Assembly: GCA_963514005.1 (NCBI GenBank)
Contig: OY740791.1
Span: 45,818,001 to 45,882,000 of the forward strand
Source of the DNA: Raja brachyura
Lineage: Eukaryota
Length of the DNA stretch: 64,000 bases
Direction: 5' to 3'
Numbering within the stretch: the first letter of the stretch is position 1; each line of letters opens with the position of its first letter. A program made the translations under genes and the position numbers. Under the pieces are notes generated by a model. The model was not told the DNA's origin. It made no database searches and saw nothing but the letters and a program-made list of their open reading frames with translations. Shown here piece by piece: positions 51,397-63,205 of the stretch.

Positions 51397-51499
51397 GTGA
51401 GGCGCTCGTAGCGTAATTGTACTAGTCAACAAATATGCGTTGAAAAATACTTATGAGTGAGCTGGATTTCTAAACAAATATGCTTGTTAGATTGTGCGT

Positions 51500-51705
51500 A
51501 AAACAGTGCTGGAGTAACATAGTGGACCACATAGCATCTTTGGAGAACATGGATAAGCAACGTTTCGGATAGGGCCCTTCTGCAGACTGTGCCAATCCGA
51601 AATGCCGCTTATCCATGCCCTCCAGAGATGCTGTCTGACCTGTTAAGTTGCCCCAGCACTTTGTATTTTACTCGGGTTTCGAGCACCTATAGTTCCTTGT
51701 GTCTG
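51500..51705. mobile_element. Palindromic short Penelope-derived element
   Basis: AGTGCTGGAGTAAC...AGCATCT.TGGAG..CATGGATAAGC, mirrored by GCTTATCCATG..CTCCAGAGATGCT...CCAGCACT. Confidence 0.7.
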
Positions 51706-52534
51706 TGCTTATTGTTTCACGTTATCCTCTTTTATGATCAACTTGCACAGGGCAGACATCATACGTTGCCTGACACGTTTAAGATTGATTCACCATAAAC
51801 AATTTGTGAAACAATTGCGGTTCATTTTGCAACTTCACCTGCTTTTGCAATTAAATAAGTTCGCATAATTGTGGGTTGTGGGTGACACCAGTTCGGTCCG
51901 CATGTAAGGTAAAACCTCATTGCTATATGATAGAGTGCAGAAGTTCAGCTATCGGTTAGACTTGAACTTACTGTCAGGTACATTGTTCATCTGGATTGAG
52001 CTGATGTATTAGCAAATGCTTTTTAGCTATGATTAGTTTCGATTCCCTTTGGTAACGATGCGGTGTCATCAAATCACGAGCACGGAAACGTGTTCCATGT
52101 TCTCATACTCACGTGATCCAAATGGACGATTGCGGTAGATCGTTGTGTAACTTGAGGTGTGAAAACGGGCTGTATCTTCGTGTGGAGATGAACAAGCAGT
52201 TGACCATGTATAATGCACTGAAGCAGGCAAATATAGGGCGAATATCATCCTTATTTGTCATCAACATGTATGCTGATATCGATTTTAAGATAACAGCTTC
52301 AGAGCAGGCGACGTAATAAGAATATTCGGTTACTCCTACATGCCCCACCTTTCAACAAGATCATGACTATTCATTTTTCTCAGGGATAATTAAACGCACC
52401 AGTTTTGTATCCCTTAATTCAATTAAAAAGAAAAGATAATAATCTGCGAGTTAAAGGGATATTTAAATTCTATCTGGGAGAACATAGCCAATTGCAAGTC
52501 TTTGATAGGAAGTGTATGTATGCCTTTATTGATA

Positions 52535-53575
52535 TTAGATTATGAGTGTCTTGTACCGAGATACAATTAAAAGCTGTGTTGGTGTGCTGTGCGATCATAT
52601 CATACTACATATGACTGCAATCACGCCATGCACGTATAGTAGGTCAGCTTGGGAGATCGGAACTACTGTCCTGACACATGGCAGGCCCGCTGAGTAGTCT
52701 GAAACGACGGGAAATAAACTCAGTTCCTGGATCTGATAGTGTGAGTTTTCTAGCTTCTGGACCTTCTGCATGGCGGGAGAAGGGAGAAGAAGGAATGTCC
52801 CGAGAATAAATGGCCATTCATTATGTTGGCTGCTTTCCCGAGGCAGCGTGAAATATAGATGCAGTTGATATTGGGCAGGTTGATTTTTGAACCCTGAGCT
52901 ACATCCATTATCCTTTGCAATCTATTGCAGTCTTGTGCAGAACTGTTGCTCTACCAAGTAGCGAGACAGGCCAATAGAATGTTTTTTTTTATAGTGCATC
53001 TGTAAAAATTGCTTACAATCATTGGAGACATGCCAAATTTCTGGGAAAATAGAGGTGTTCGTGTGCTTTCTTGGACTTAGCTTCAATGTGGTTGGTCCAG
53101 GATAGATTGCTGCTGATATTTATGGTGAGGATCCATGTGCTTTCGACCATCTCCATTTGGGCAGCATTTGTGCTAACTTGGCCATGATCATTAACTAATT
53201 TCTTCAAGACAATACTATCTCCTTCATGTTGCTCAAATTGAGGGAGAGGTTGTTTACTTGAAACAAGGTTACCAAGCCCTCTATCTTCTTCCTGTACTCC
53301 GTCTAATCATTGTTCCAGATCCGACCCACTATGATGGTGTCAAGAGAAAACCTGTAAATGGATTTAGAGCACAATTTGGCTGTACAGTAGTTAATGTATA
53401 GGGTGTGGGGTAAGGGGCTGTGAACATATAATTGCGCGGCCCCGCTATTGAACATTATAGTGGAGGATGATTTGTTACCCGTCCCCGCTGATTGGGCCAA
53501 AGGTTTAGGAAATCGATGATCCATTGGCAGAGGGAGGAACTGACTCATAGATCCAGGCCATTGGAAATGAGTTTG
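52535..53575 (-). mobile_element. Degenerate Rex1/Babar-type LINE 3' fragment (RT)
   Basis: 53303..53548(-) SSSTIMFNSGAAQLYVHSPL...SIYRFSLDTIIVGRI, matching the GAPQGCVLSPLL...KFADDT pattern. 53019..53207(-) LSWTNHI...KKAHEHLYF. Confidence 0.8.
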
Positions 53576-54439
53576 GTTCCCATTAGAGGGAGATTATAAT
53601 GGATGTTAAAAATGAATTTGAAAGCAAAGATCTATACAATTAACATTACTTATGGAAATGAAATGTATCATCGATATCAAAGTCCCGTAAGAACATAATA
53701 ACTGAATAAACAGATTATCAGTAAATGTTTATCTGGTCAAATGCCAAAAGGATGATAAGGTCTTCAGAATTAGTGAAGAAAACAACGCAGATGCAAAGGC
53801 GTTGTTTGAGAACTACCTTATTTGACAATTAAAATAAATACATGAATACGTTCAACATCCACTTTCTCTTGGGACAATCGTGTGTGTGTTTCAACTATTC
53901 TCACGCCAGGCATAACCAACTCTCTTTATAATAGATCAATATCTGGAGGAGAGTTGTTTACGCATCGAATTATTTTGATATATGTAGGTTAGCTAAATGA
54001 AGGCTGGATGACGTTTCTGTAATTATATTTACGTATATTACGTAACTTGGAGTTATCCCTTGGACAATGGGAAAGACAAGAGGGAAAGACTAATTAACCA
54101 TCTCAATCTAAAAAGGTCTTATCTGCAATGAGCAGAATCTATTTCTGCATTTCTATGACATCTGCAATCCGTGAACCCACGCTGCATCAGTAGATCTTTT
54201 AAGCTTGGGCAATTCTACTGGAGTGTAATACAGGCCATTCCAAGACACGGATATTGCCTCGTTCTTTAAGCCCAATGTAGATTCCAACCCAGGATCTAAA
54301 TGTTAAAGCAAGCATTTCGTCCAGATATGGTCAGAATTGCTTGGTTCCAGTGAGATCATGCACGACGAACGATATTTTATTTAAATCCGCCTCACGACAT
54401 CCAAAATGTATTGCATTAGACTTACAGACAAAATGTATC

Positions 54440-54632
54440 AACGCAGAACTGCAGACGCTAGTTTCTACCAAAGATAGCCAAAATATGCTGAAGTAACTCA
54501 GCTGGTCGGGCAGCATCTCTGGAGAAAAGGCGTGGGTGACGTTTCGGGTCGGGACCCAAAACGTCACTCATTCTTTTTCTCCAGAAATGCTGCCTGACCC
54601 GCTGGGTTACTCCAACACTTTGTATCTACCTT
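54440..54632. mobile_element. Palindromic short Penelope-derived element
   Basis: AGTAACTCAGC.GGTC.GGCAGCATCTCTGGAGAAAA..GTGACGTTT.GGGTC, mirrored by GACCC.AAACGTCAC..TTTTCTCCAGA.ATGCTGCC.GACC.GCTG.GTTACT. Confidence 0.8.
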
Positions 54633-54835
54633 TGGATTACCAAGGGCCTGGATTCAAAACATATAGTGGAGTTGAACATTCTTCTCTTAATGCGTTTTCA
54701 GAATATACAAAGTTTCGATATTTAAAGATTCACAGATAAATGAAAGTAACCAAACCATTCAAAGTTAAGGACCATTTATTTCTTTTGATTGTACAATATT
54801 AAATGTATGCAGCGTCGCTTTAACAGGACAACACA

Positions 54836-54923
54836 GCTTTAAGAAACGAACATTGTTCTGATTGGTGCGCCGCAAACAACCAATCAGCACCTACTGTGTG
54901 ACTGGAGATCTTGACTGCCCCCT
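54836..54923 (+). promoter_or_regulatory. Promoter module of variable exon 9
   Basis: GCTTTAAGAAA 54836, ATTGG 54861, CCAATCAG 54880, GGAGATCT 54904; 364 bp upstream of the ATG. Confidence 0.8.
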
Positions 54924-55199
54924 TTTCCCTCGCACCATCACATACGAACAAGGAACAATGTAAATTGGACAGCGAGGCGTCTTGATTTGCGGCAGTTTCC
55001 GCGGGTCCTTCTATTCCGGATTTTTACCACAAACTGGAAGGTCTGATCAAACAATCGAGGCCATTTACTGAAAGGAAACATTTTCTTCAGCGAGAAAGCC
55101 TTTTCTTCTGAAGGTATACATATTATTTTTAGTCACAGTGGGACAAAAACCGAAAGGCACCGTATCGCACGGAAGCCATTGGAATGTTTAACACCGGCG

Positions 55200-57665
55200 A
55201 TGAGATGTTATAACCTATTTTGTTGCTTAAAATGGGAACTGTTGTATTACATGTTTATCGCCTGGGAGATAATTTTCGCAGAGATTCATTACTCGATTCC
55301 TGAAGAATTACAACGTGGCGCCGTTATTGGGAACATCGCGGCCGATTTAGAGTTGGATGTTAAACAGCTCGCAGCTCGTAATTTTCGTTTGGTTTCAGGT
55401 CCAAAAAAGCGGTATTTGGAAGTAAATTTAAACAATGGGATTTTGTCTGTGAAGGAGAGGATTGATAGGGAAGAACTGTGTGGCGCAAGCCTTACTTGCG
55501 TTCTGTCTTTGGAGGCCGTGCTTGAAAATCCTCTCAGTCTGTACCAAATCGAAGTGGACATTGTGGATATTAACGACAACTCTCCCAGTTTTCCAAAAAG
55601 CCAATTCCGCCTTGAAATCTCTGAGAATATTGCGCCGGGAGCGCGATTCATTCTCGACGCCGCTCACGATCTAGATATTGGAACTAACTCTGTTCAAACT
55701 TACCAACTCGTTACAAATGAGTACTTTGCATTAAATGTTGAATATGGAATCGCAGATTTGAAATTACCAGTTTTAGTGCTGGAAGAGCCCTTAGACAGGG
55801 AAAAGCATTCGACCCACAAATTACTGCTCTTAGCCAAAGATGGCGGAGTCCCCGAAAGGACAGGCTCCGCCCAAATTAATGTCGTGGTAGAAGATGCCAA
55901 TGATAATGCGCCGGTGTTCTCTCGGTCGATTTACAAAGTCAATTTGTGGGAAAATGCGACAAAAGGGGCATTGGTACTTCAAGTAAATGCTACTGATTTG
56001 GATGATGGCCCCAATGGAGAGATTGTGTACACTTTAAGTACTCATACCTCTGCCAGCGTCCGTGAGATTTTTAGTGTGGATTCTCGTACTGGTGAAGTAG
56101 AACTTAATGCTAATTTAGATTACGAAGAAAATAATGCTTTTGATATTATTATTCAAGCAAAGGATAAGGGATCTAACGCCATCCTGGTGTACAGTCATAT
56201 TTTGCTAAATGTTTTAGATGTAAACGACAACGCGCCTGAGATAAGCTTGACATCTTTATCGAGCCCAGTTGCAGAGGATTCGTTACCTGGAACAGTGGTA
56301 GCTCTCATAAGTGCGTCTGACAGAGATTCCGGCAGAAATGGGCAACTCCGGTGCCAAGTTGAAAATGAAGTGCCTTTCACACTCGATTCATCGTCCAAGA
56401 AGCACTTCAAACTACTCACCCAGCAACCTCTAGATCGCGAATCCGCCTCCACACACAACGTAATAATCAGCTGTAGAGATGAAGGCAGTCCGCCTCTCGC
56501 CTCCAACAAAAGCATCCTAATTGAAGTGTCGGACAGGAACGACAACGCACCACAATTCTCGCAACCTTTCTTCACAGCCTACGTGACGGAGAATAGTAAT
56601 ATTGATGCCTCGATATTCTCAGTGATGGCTTTTGATCCAGACAAAGGTGAAAATGCTCGGCTGTCGTACGACATTCTGGACAGTTGGGTACAAGCTCAAT
56701 CGGTACACAATTATGTTTATATTAAAGCAGAGACTGGTGTAATATATTCCTACATATCTTTTGACTATGAAAAGTTAAAAAACTTTCAGATCCGTGTTCA
56801 GGCACATGACAATGGAGTCCCACAACTCTCCAGCAATGTCTCCGTAGATGTTATAATTCTTGACCAGAATGATAACGCCCCGGTGATCGTTCATCCATTA
56901 ATCGAGTATGGGCAACCTGCCACAGAGGCTGTATCCCGTTTTGCGGAAGCAGGCTATCCAGTGACCAAAGTTATGGCTACAGATGCTGACTCTGGTCCAA
57001 ACGCTCGCCTATGCTATCGGATCCTCCAAGCTACAGACATGGGACTATTTACTATTGCTGACGAGACGGGAGAAATATGGACAACCCGTGCTGTTACAAA
57101 GACAGATGCTACCAAGCAAAGGCTGGTGATCGAAGTCAACGACAACGGGATACCACCTCTTTCAACTTCGATAAGTATAATCTTGTCATTGATCGATGAC
57201 GAGGGATCACTAATGTCCGACAGGAACAGCATGTTGGAAAGGCCCAAACCTCCTTCTGTTACCAGCTTCTACTTGGTCATTTCATTGGGAATAATTACGA
57301 CTATTTTTCTGGTAATTTTAATTATTCTAGCTGTTAAAGTTCACAACGGCAGAAATGCCTTTGAGTACCATGGCTGTGTTCTGGGCCCGTGTGGTTGCTT
57401 CGGGTCAAGACATCCCCGCAACGGAATCCAGAAAGCCAGTCGCAACCTACGCATTCCTCCCAATTACGTTGAGGTATTTGGGGGAGACCCGCTATCACAG
57501 AGTTACCGCTATGAAACTTGTTCCATGGCACGTTCAACAAAGGGAAACCTTTTGTTCCCCAACACCTGCAGTTCATCAAATGGAAACGACAAAACCATCG
57601 GTGAAGTTATTGCAAAGGGAGGAACCGTGTTGTTCAGTAATTGTGAGAATAATGTTCATTCTGAG
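55200..57665 (+). CDS. Clustered protocadherin variable exon 9; 822 codons
   Basis: The track starts at TTG 55179; the aligned ATG is at 55200 (MRCYNLF). Donor GAG|GTGAGA, GT at 57666. Confidence 0.95.
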
Positions 57666-57877
57666 GTGAGAACGCCTGTTTGGTAGGAAAAGTCGGCGTT
57701 AACTGGCATTAAGTTGGCATCAGGAAGATATGATTTCACTGTGTATGTTGTGCATATGACCCGACACTGATCGGATCACAAGTGTAGTATCCAACCACTA
57801 GTTTACGTTTAACTAATTGCTATTGCCATCATTTTATTCTGTAGTATTAAAACATAAAGTGGATCACACAAGAATAT

Positions 57878-58115
57878 AACAAGGAACTGCAGATGCTGGT
57901 TTATTCCAAGTATAGATACAAAATGCTGGAGGAACTCAACGGGTTAGGCAGCATCTCTGGAGAAAAATGAATTTTGGGCCGAGATATGTCTGAAGAAGGG
58001 TCCCGACCCGAAACTCAAGACAACTGAAGTCTAGAGTACGGTCCCGACCCCACGCGTCACATATCCATGTTCTCCAAAGACACTACCGAAGCCATTGAAT
58101 TACTCCAATATTTTG
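57878..58115. mobile_element. Short Penelope-derived element with a hammerhead-like core
   Basis: ACAAGGAACTGCAGATGCTGG...AAAATGCTGGAG.AACTCA..GGCAGCATCTCTGGAG; CTGAAGAAGGGTCCCGACCCGAAAC at 57990-58014. Confidence 0.78.
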
Positions 58116-58976
58116 CTACTATGTGAATCATATAGCTGTTTCAGGGGCGTGGTAACGTTTATTACCGAAATTTTTTGTAATCACGAATTGACAGAATAGG
58201 TTCGGCACATAAATAGGTCCTCCTGCCCATTATTTCGGTATGATAGCAAAAGACCTAGCCAGGTCATTCATGCCTTACAATAGTTCATATATTGCCTTGC
58301 AGTTAAGGTTATTGAAAAAAATACTCAGGCACATTTTAAATATATTGAGGGGATTTTGACACCAAAAATGAACTAACTGTACCTGCCACAACCCAATCAT
58401 GAAAAAAAATCAAAATATATATTTCAATATTTCTACTAATTGCCTTCAATCTATTCCCGTTGGTTCCACAGTCGTCTGTAGATAAAATGATAATTAATCC
58501 CACGGTTATGGTGTTCAATTCTTCGTGTCATTAGTCCTTTCAGAGTGTGCAACCTCTTGTGTGGGACACCATCGTCGTTGCAAAAGCTAGTTTCAACCTG
58601 ATGGACTACATTCTGAGGTTATCCATGCACTCCTACCTGAAAAAATGCCAATTCATTTAAAACATTTTTCACATTTAGTCATCCGAAATTCACACAGTGT
58701 ACCATTTCCAATTTTATTCTGTGGTCATATTCAAGTTTTTTAACCGTATTAAATGTTAACTCTAGAAAATGACAAGTAAGCTTACTTTTGGTGATTTATT
58801 CAGTGCAGTAGAACATCTGGCCACAATCAAATTAGAGAGCAACTAGGTGTCAATCCACTTTAGAAGTTAACATCGTTTAAGGAATACAAAAATAATGAAA
58901 GAAAATAGTAATTAGATTTTATATCGGACTGCCTTAAATATCAGTTACTTGCGCCAAACTTTAGAAATGCAGTCCA

Positions 58977-59072
58977 GCTTTAAGAAATGTGGAGTGCAGA
59001 GATAGGTTGAAGTTAAGTCGGCCTTTTCCACCAATGAGAGGCTGTTATGTGCCCGGAGATCCTTGCTGCCCT
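58977..59072 (+). promoter_or_regulatory. Promoter module of variable exon 10
   Basis: GCTTTAAGAAA 58977, ATAGG 59002 (degenerate), CCAAT 59031, GGAGATCC 59055; 368 bp upstream of the ATG. Confidence 0.78.
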
Positions 59073-59344
59073 ACCCTCCCCTTCCGCCATTATATCCGTC
59101 TGGATACCGTGTAACATGGATAGAGCTGTGCTTGCTTACGTTCGGTTCTTTACATTCATCTACTGGCGAAATCATAAGAAATAAGAAGGTTTGTCAGAAA
59201 TTGTTACGCAGATTTTTTAAACAGCGGCTATATTTTTTTTTTGTGCATTTCAGTGAAAATGGAATAACGATTCACTCTTTTTAGCTGGAATTGTTCAACG
59301 TCGCCGCGTTGTTCTCAAATCATTTGAAATGCTTTGTTCTGGAA

Positions 59345-61774
59345 ATGGAATTTTATAAACGATATTGGCTATTGAAATGGCAACTTTTTTACTGTATTAT
59401 CCCTTTCTGGCAAATTATTTCTGGACAGATACGTTATACGATTCCTGAAGAATTGAATGCCGGAGCTTTTGTTGGAAATATCGCAGAGGATCTGGGTTTG
59501 GATATAAAAGATCTCTCGGCTCGCGGCTTTCAAATTGTGCCTGGACCTAGCAAGGAGTATATAGACGTAAATTTAGATACTGGTGTTTTGTTTGTGAAGG
59601 AAAAGATGGACAGAGAACAGTTGTGTGGGCAGAATCGTGTTTGCACATTCTATATGGAGGCAGTGATTGAAAATCCTCTGAATGTGTACCATTTCCAAGT
59701 GGACATTTTGGATGTAAATGACAATGCGCCGAGATTTCCCGAGAGCCAGTTCAATTTGGATATATCGGAGCTGGCTGCTCCGGGTACGCGCTTCGCCCTG
59801 GAGCGCGCAGACGACCCAGACGTTGGCACCAACTCGGTACAAAGCTACCGGCTGGTAGACAACGGCTATTTCTCCCTCGACGTGGAAACGTTGGGCGGCG
59901 ACGGAAAGTTACCGGTTTTAGTCTTGGAAAGACCGCTGGACAGAGAAAAGGAAAGCACGCACAGGTTGGTGTTGATATCGAAAGACGGAGGGATTCCTGA
60001 GCGATCTGGAACTGCTGAAATACTGATCGGCGTGGAGGATGCCAACGACAACGCGCCTGTTTTCTCCCAGCCCATCTATAGGGTCAGTTTGCCAGAGAAT
60101 GCACCCATAGGTATATTGGTGATACAATTAGATGCCTCTGATTTGGATGTTGGTCTGAATGGGCAGATAATATATTCGTTCGGCAGTCATACTTCGAATC
60201 CAATTCGGGAACATTTTGGGCTGGATTCGAATAGTGGCGAAATCAGAGTTAAGAACACTTTGGATTACGAGAAAAATAGTATTTTTGAAATTAATGTTCA
60301 AGCAAAAGATAATGGGCCATACGCTACCGTGGTGTACTGTCACGTTTTGGTCAATATCGTTGATGTGAATGACAACGCTCCTATTGTAACGGTGACATCT
60401 TTATTCAGTCCTGTCGGGGAAGACGCGCTACCGGGGACTGTAGTGGCTCTGATCAGTTCCACAGACAAGGATTCGGCTGAAAACGGGCGCGTGGATTGCG
60501 AAATCCCAAATGACCTTCCTTTTAAACTGGATTCGTCCTTAAATAACTATTATAGACTAGTTACTCGGGAAACGCTGGATCGTGAGCGTGTATCATCTTA
60601 CAATGTAACAGTTGTGTGTGGCGACGCCGGGAATCCTCCGCTAACATCGAACAAAACGGTCCTGGTTGAAGTCTCCGATATAAACGACCATCCGCCTCAA
60701 TTCACACAGCCTGTGTATACAGCTTACGTGATGGAGAATAATGTAATTGGTGCGTCAATATTCACTGTGACAGCTTTGGATCAAGATCTAAATAGGAACG
60801 CCCATCTGTCCTACTTTATTTTGGAGACTCAGATACAGGGCATGTCAATATCCACATACGTCTCCATCAACAGTGGGGTCATATTTTCGCAGAGGAGTTT
60901 CGACTACGAACACCTCAAAGGCTTTCAGGTCCAGGTTCAGGCGCGGGACTCTGGGATCCCACCACTTTCTGGCAACGCCTCAGTGGATGTGATGATATTG
61001 GATCAGAATGACAACGCTCCGGTGATCGTGCATCCGTTACCCGAATTCGGTTCCACCGTGTTAGAGACGATATCCCGGCACGCAGAACCGGGCTACCTGG
61101 TCGCCAAAGTTTCGGCTACAGACGGTGACACTGGTCAAAATGCTCGCCTTTCCTACCAGATCTGTCAAGCTACAGATGCCGGCCTCTTCACCATTTCACC
61201 GGACACTGGAGAAATCTGGACAATACGCAGTATTAGGAAGAATGACGCCGCCAAGCAAAGGTTGGTCATCTGCGTCAAGGATGACGGATCACCGCCTCTT
61301 ACAGCCACTGTGGCAATCGTCTTGTCTTTAGTTGGAAATGATAGACAAATGCTTTCAGATGTGAATAATTTGTCTGAGGGTGCCGGGTTTGCTTCTGGCA
61401 CCAGCTTTTACCTTGTAATAACTTTAGGGATCACATCATCCGTTTTTCTATTGATATTGATTATCCTCGCCATTAAGGTCCATAGAAACTCTTCCCTTGG
61501 CGCATGTGGTTGTTTTACAGCAAGAAACTCATTGCACAGAGCCAACAGAAGCCTTCAGATACCACCAAACTATGTTGAGGTATTTGGAGGTGATCCTCTT
61601 TCGCAGGGCTTCCGCTATGATTCATGCTCAAGTTCACATTCTGTAAAGAGGGATGTCAGGTTGTCCAACGGTGGATCTACGCGTAAGAATTACGCTCCTG
61701 GTGGCATTTTGGGAAATGACGATACTTTGCAAAACCTCAATTCAGCACAGTACATGAATACTCTAAATAACGAG
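59345..61774 (+). CDS. Clustered protocadherin variable exon 10; 810 codons
   Basis: The track starts at TTG 59291; the aligned ATG is at 59345 (MEFYKRYW). Donor GAG|GTGAGG, GT at 61775. Confidence 0.95.
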
Positions 61775-62369
61775 GTGAGGTTGCTATTTGATGGCGAAAA
61801 AAACACCTCATGGGTTTCAATTGGATATACAAATGATTACTGAAAATGCGTAATCCCGGACATTGTATTTTGGGAATATCTAAGAATCAGTCATATCAGT
61901 GTCCATTGTGATTTGAGTTTCCAATCGCTATTTCTGGACCTATTCCTTTGTTAATCAGGCATTTGCCTTTTGGTGCGTTTATATTGACTTAACATTTCGT
62001 TTCATTTGGTAGCTAGGAAAAATATTGCCATTGAGAACGTATGGATTAAGTAATTTCACACGACAGTCCTAAATATATATTATCAACTACACTTTGGTGG
62101 TAGAAAACCACTAACTAATGATCACATTGGATAAAGGGTCTGGACGTGTAACGGAACTCAGTTCCATGGTTCTGATATCATGCGTTTTAGCATTTAATTG
62201 TTTTTTTCCATTGAGACTTTGTGATATAATATGCTTTATTTTCCAAGGGAAATAACTCGTCAGCAGTCAACGTGTTATAAAATCATGAATTAAGCATATG
62301 AGTTTACCATAATATGTGTAGCTGATTTGTTTTGAAATAGGCACAAAATCATATGCAACAAGCTTTGCA

Positions 62370-62580
62370 GATACAAAGAACTGCAGATGCTATTATACAC
62401 AAAAGGACACAGAGTGCTGGAGTAACTCAGCGGGTCAGCAGCTTCTCTGAGGAACATGGATAGGTGACTTTTTCCATCGGGACCCTTTAGATTGGAAGAA
62501 GGGACCCGAGCCGAAACGTCAGCTGTCCATGTTTTCCAGAGAGTTTCTCCAGCACTTTGTGTATTTTTGGACCAAGCATT
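62370..62580. mobile_element. Palindromic short Penelope-derived element
   Basis: AGAACTGCAGATGCT...GACACAGAGTGCTGGAGTAACTCAGCGGGTCAG...GAAGAAGGGACCCGAGCCGAAACGTCA...CTCCAGCACTTTGTGT. Confidence 0.78.
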
Positions 62581-62849
62581 GAATCGTCCATAATCGCATA
62601 AAAGTGTTTCTTAAAAAAAAAAAAAGTATATTTAGAGATAGCATTGTCTGATTTGTTTTGAGAGCACGAAAAACAAATCTTATCACTATATTTCGGTGAC
62701 AATAACAAACCTATATTTAAAGCTGCTGACTCTTTGAAAATCCACCAAAAGTAAGCAAGGCAAAGGAAATCAAATCAATGCGGGAAATGGTGTAAGAAAT
62801 TTACATTGTACACTGACAAAATATTACAGAGATAAACAGGGACATTCCA

Positions 62850-62938
62850 GCTTTAAGAAATGTCCTGGGTGGTGATTGGTTGAACGTCAGTTCACCAATC
62901 AGAAGCTGCAATGTATCTGGTGATCTTGACTGCTCCCT
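62850..62938 (+). promoter_or_regulatory. Promoter module of variable exon 11
   Basis: GCTTTAAGAAA 62850, ATTGG 62875, CCAATCAG 62895, GGTGATCT 62919; 356 bp upstream of the ATG. Confidence 0.8.
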
Positions 62939-63205
62939 TCCCTCCCAGCCACCATTACGTATGATCAGAAACAATGTAAAACTCCGCATAGCGAGCTGCG
63001 TAGCGCTGGAATGGGTTCTGAATTCGAAAGCATTGGATATTTTAATTGAAGTGAGAAGGTTCGAACACAATCTTAATAACCTTTGAAAAAAAAACAGGTA
63101 TTTTGTGCGGCATTGCCTCTTTTATCTTTAAAACTGGCATTAATTCCAGAGAAAAACGGTGAATGGCGTGTCGCGCTGAAGTAATTGCAATGCGTTGTAA
63201 AGGAG

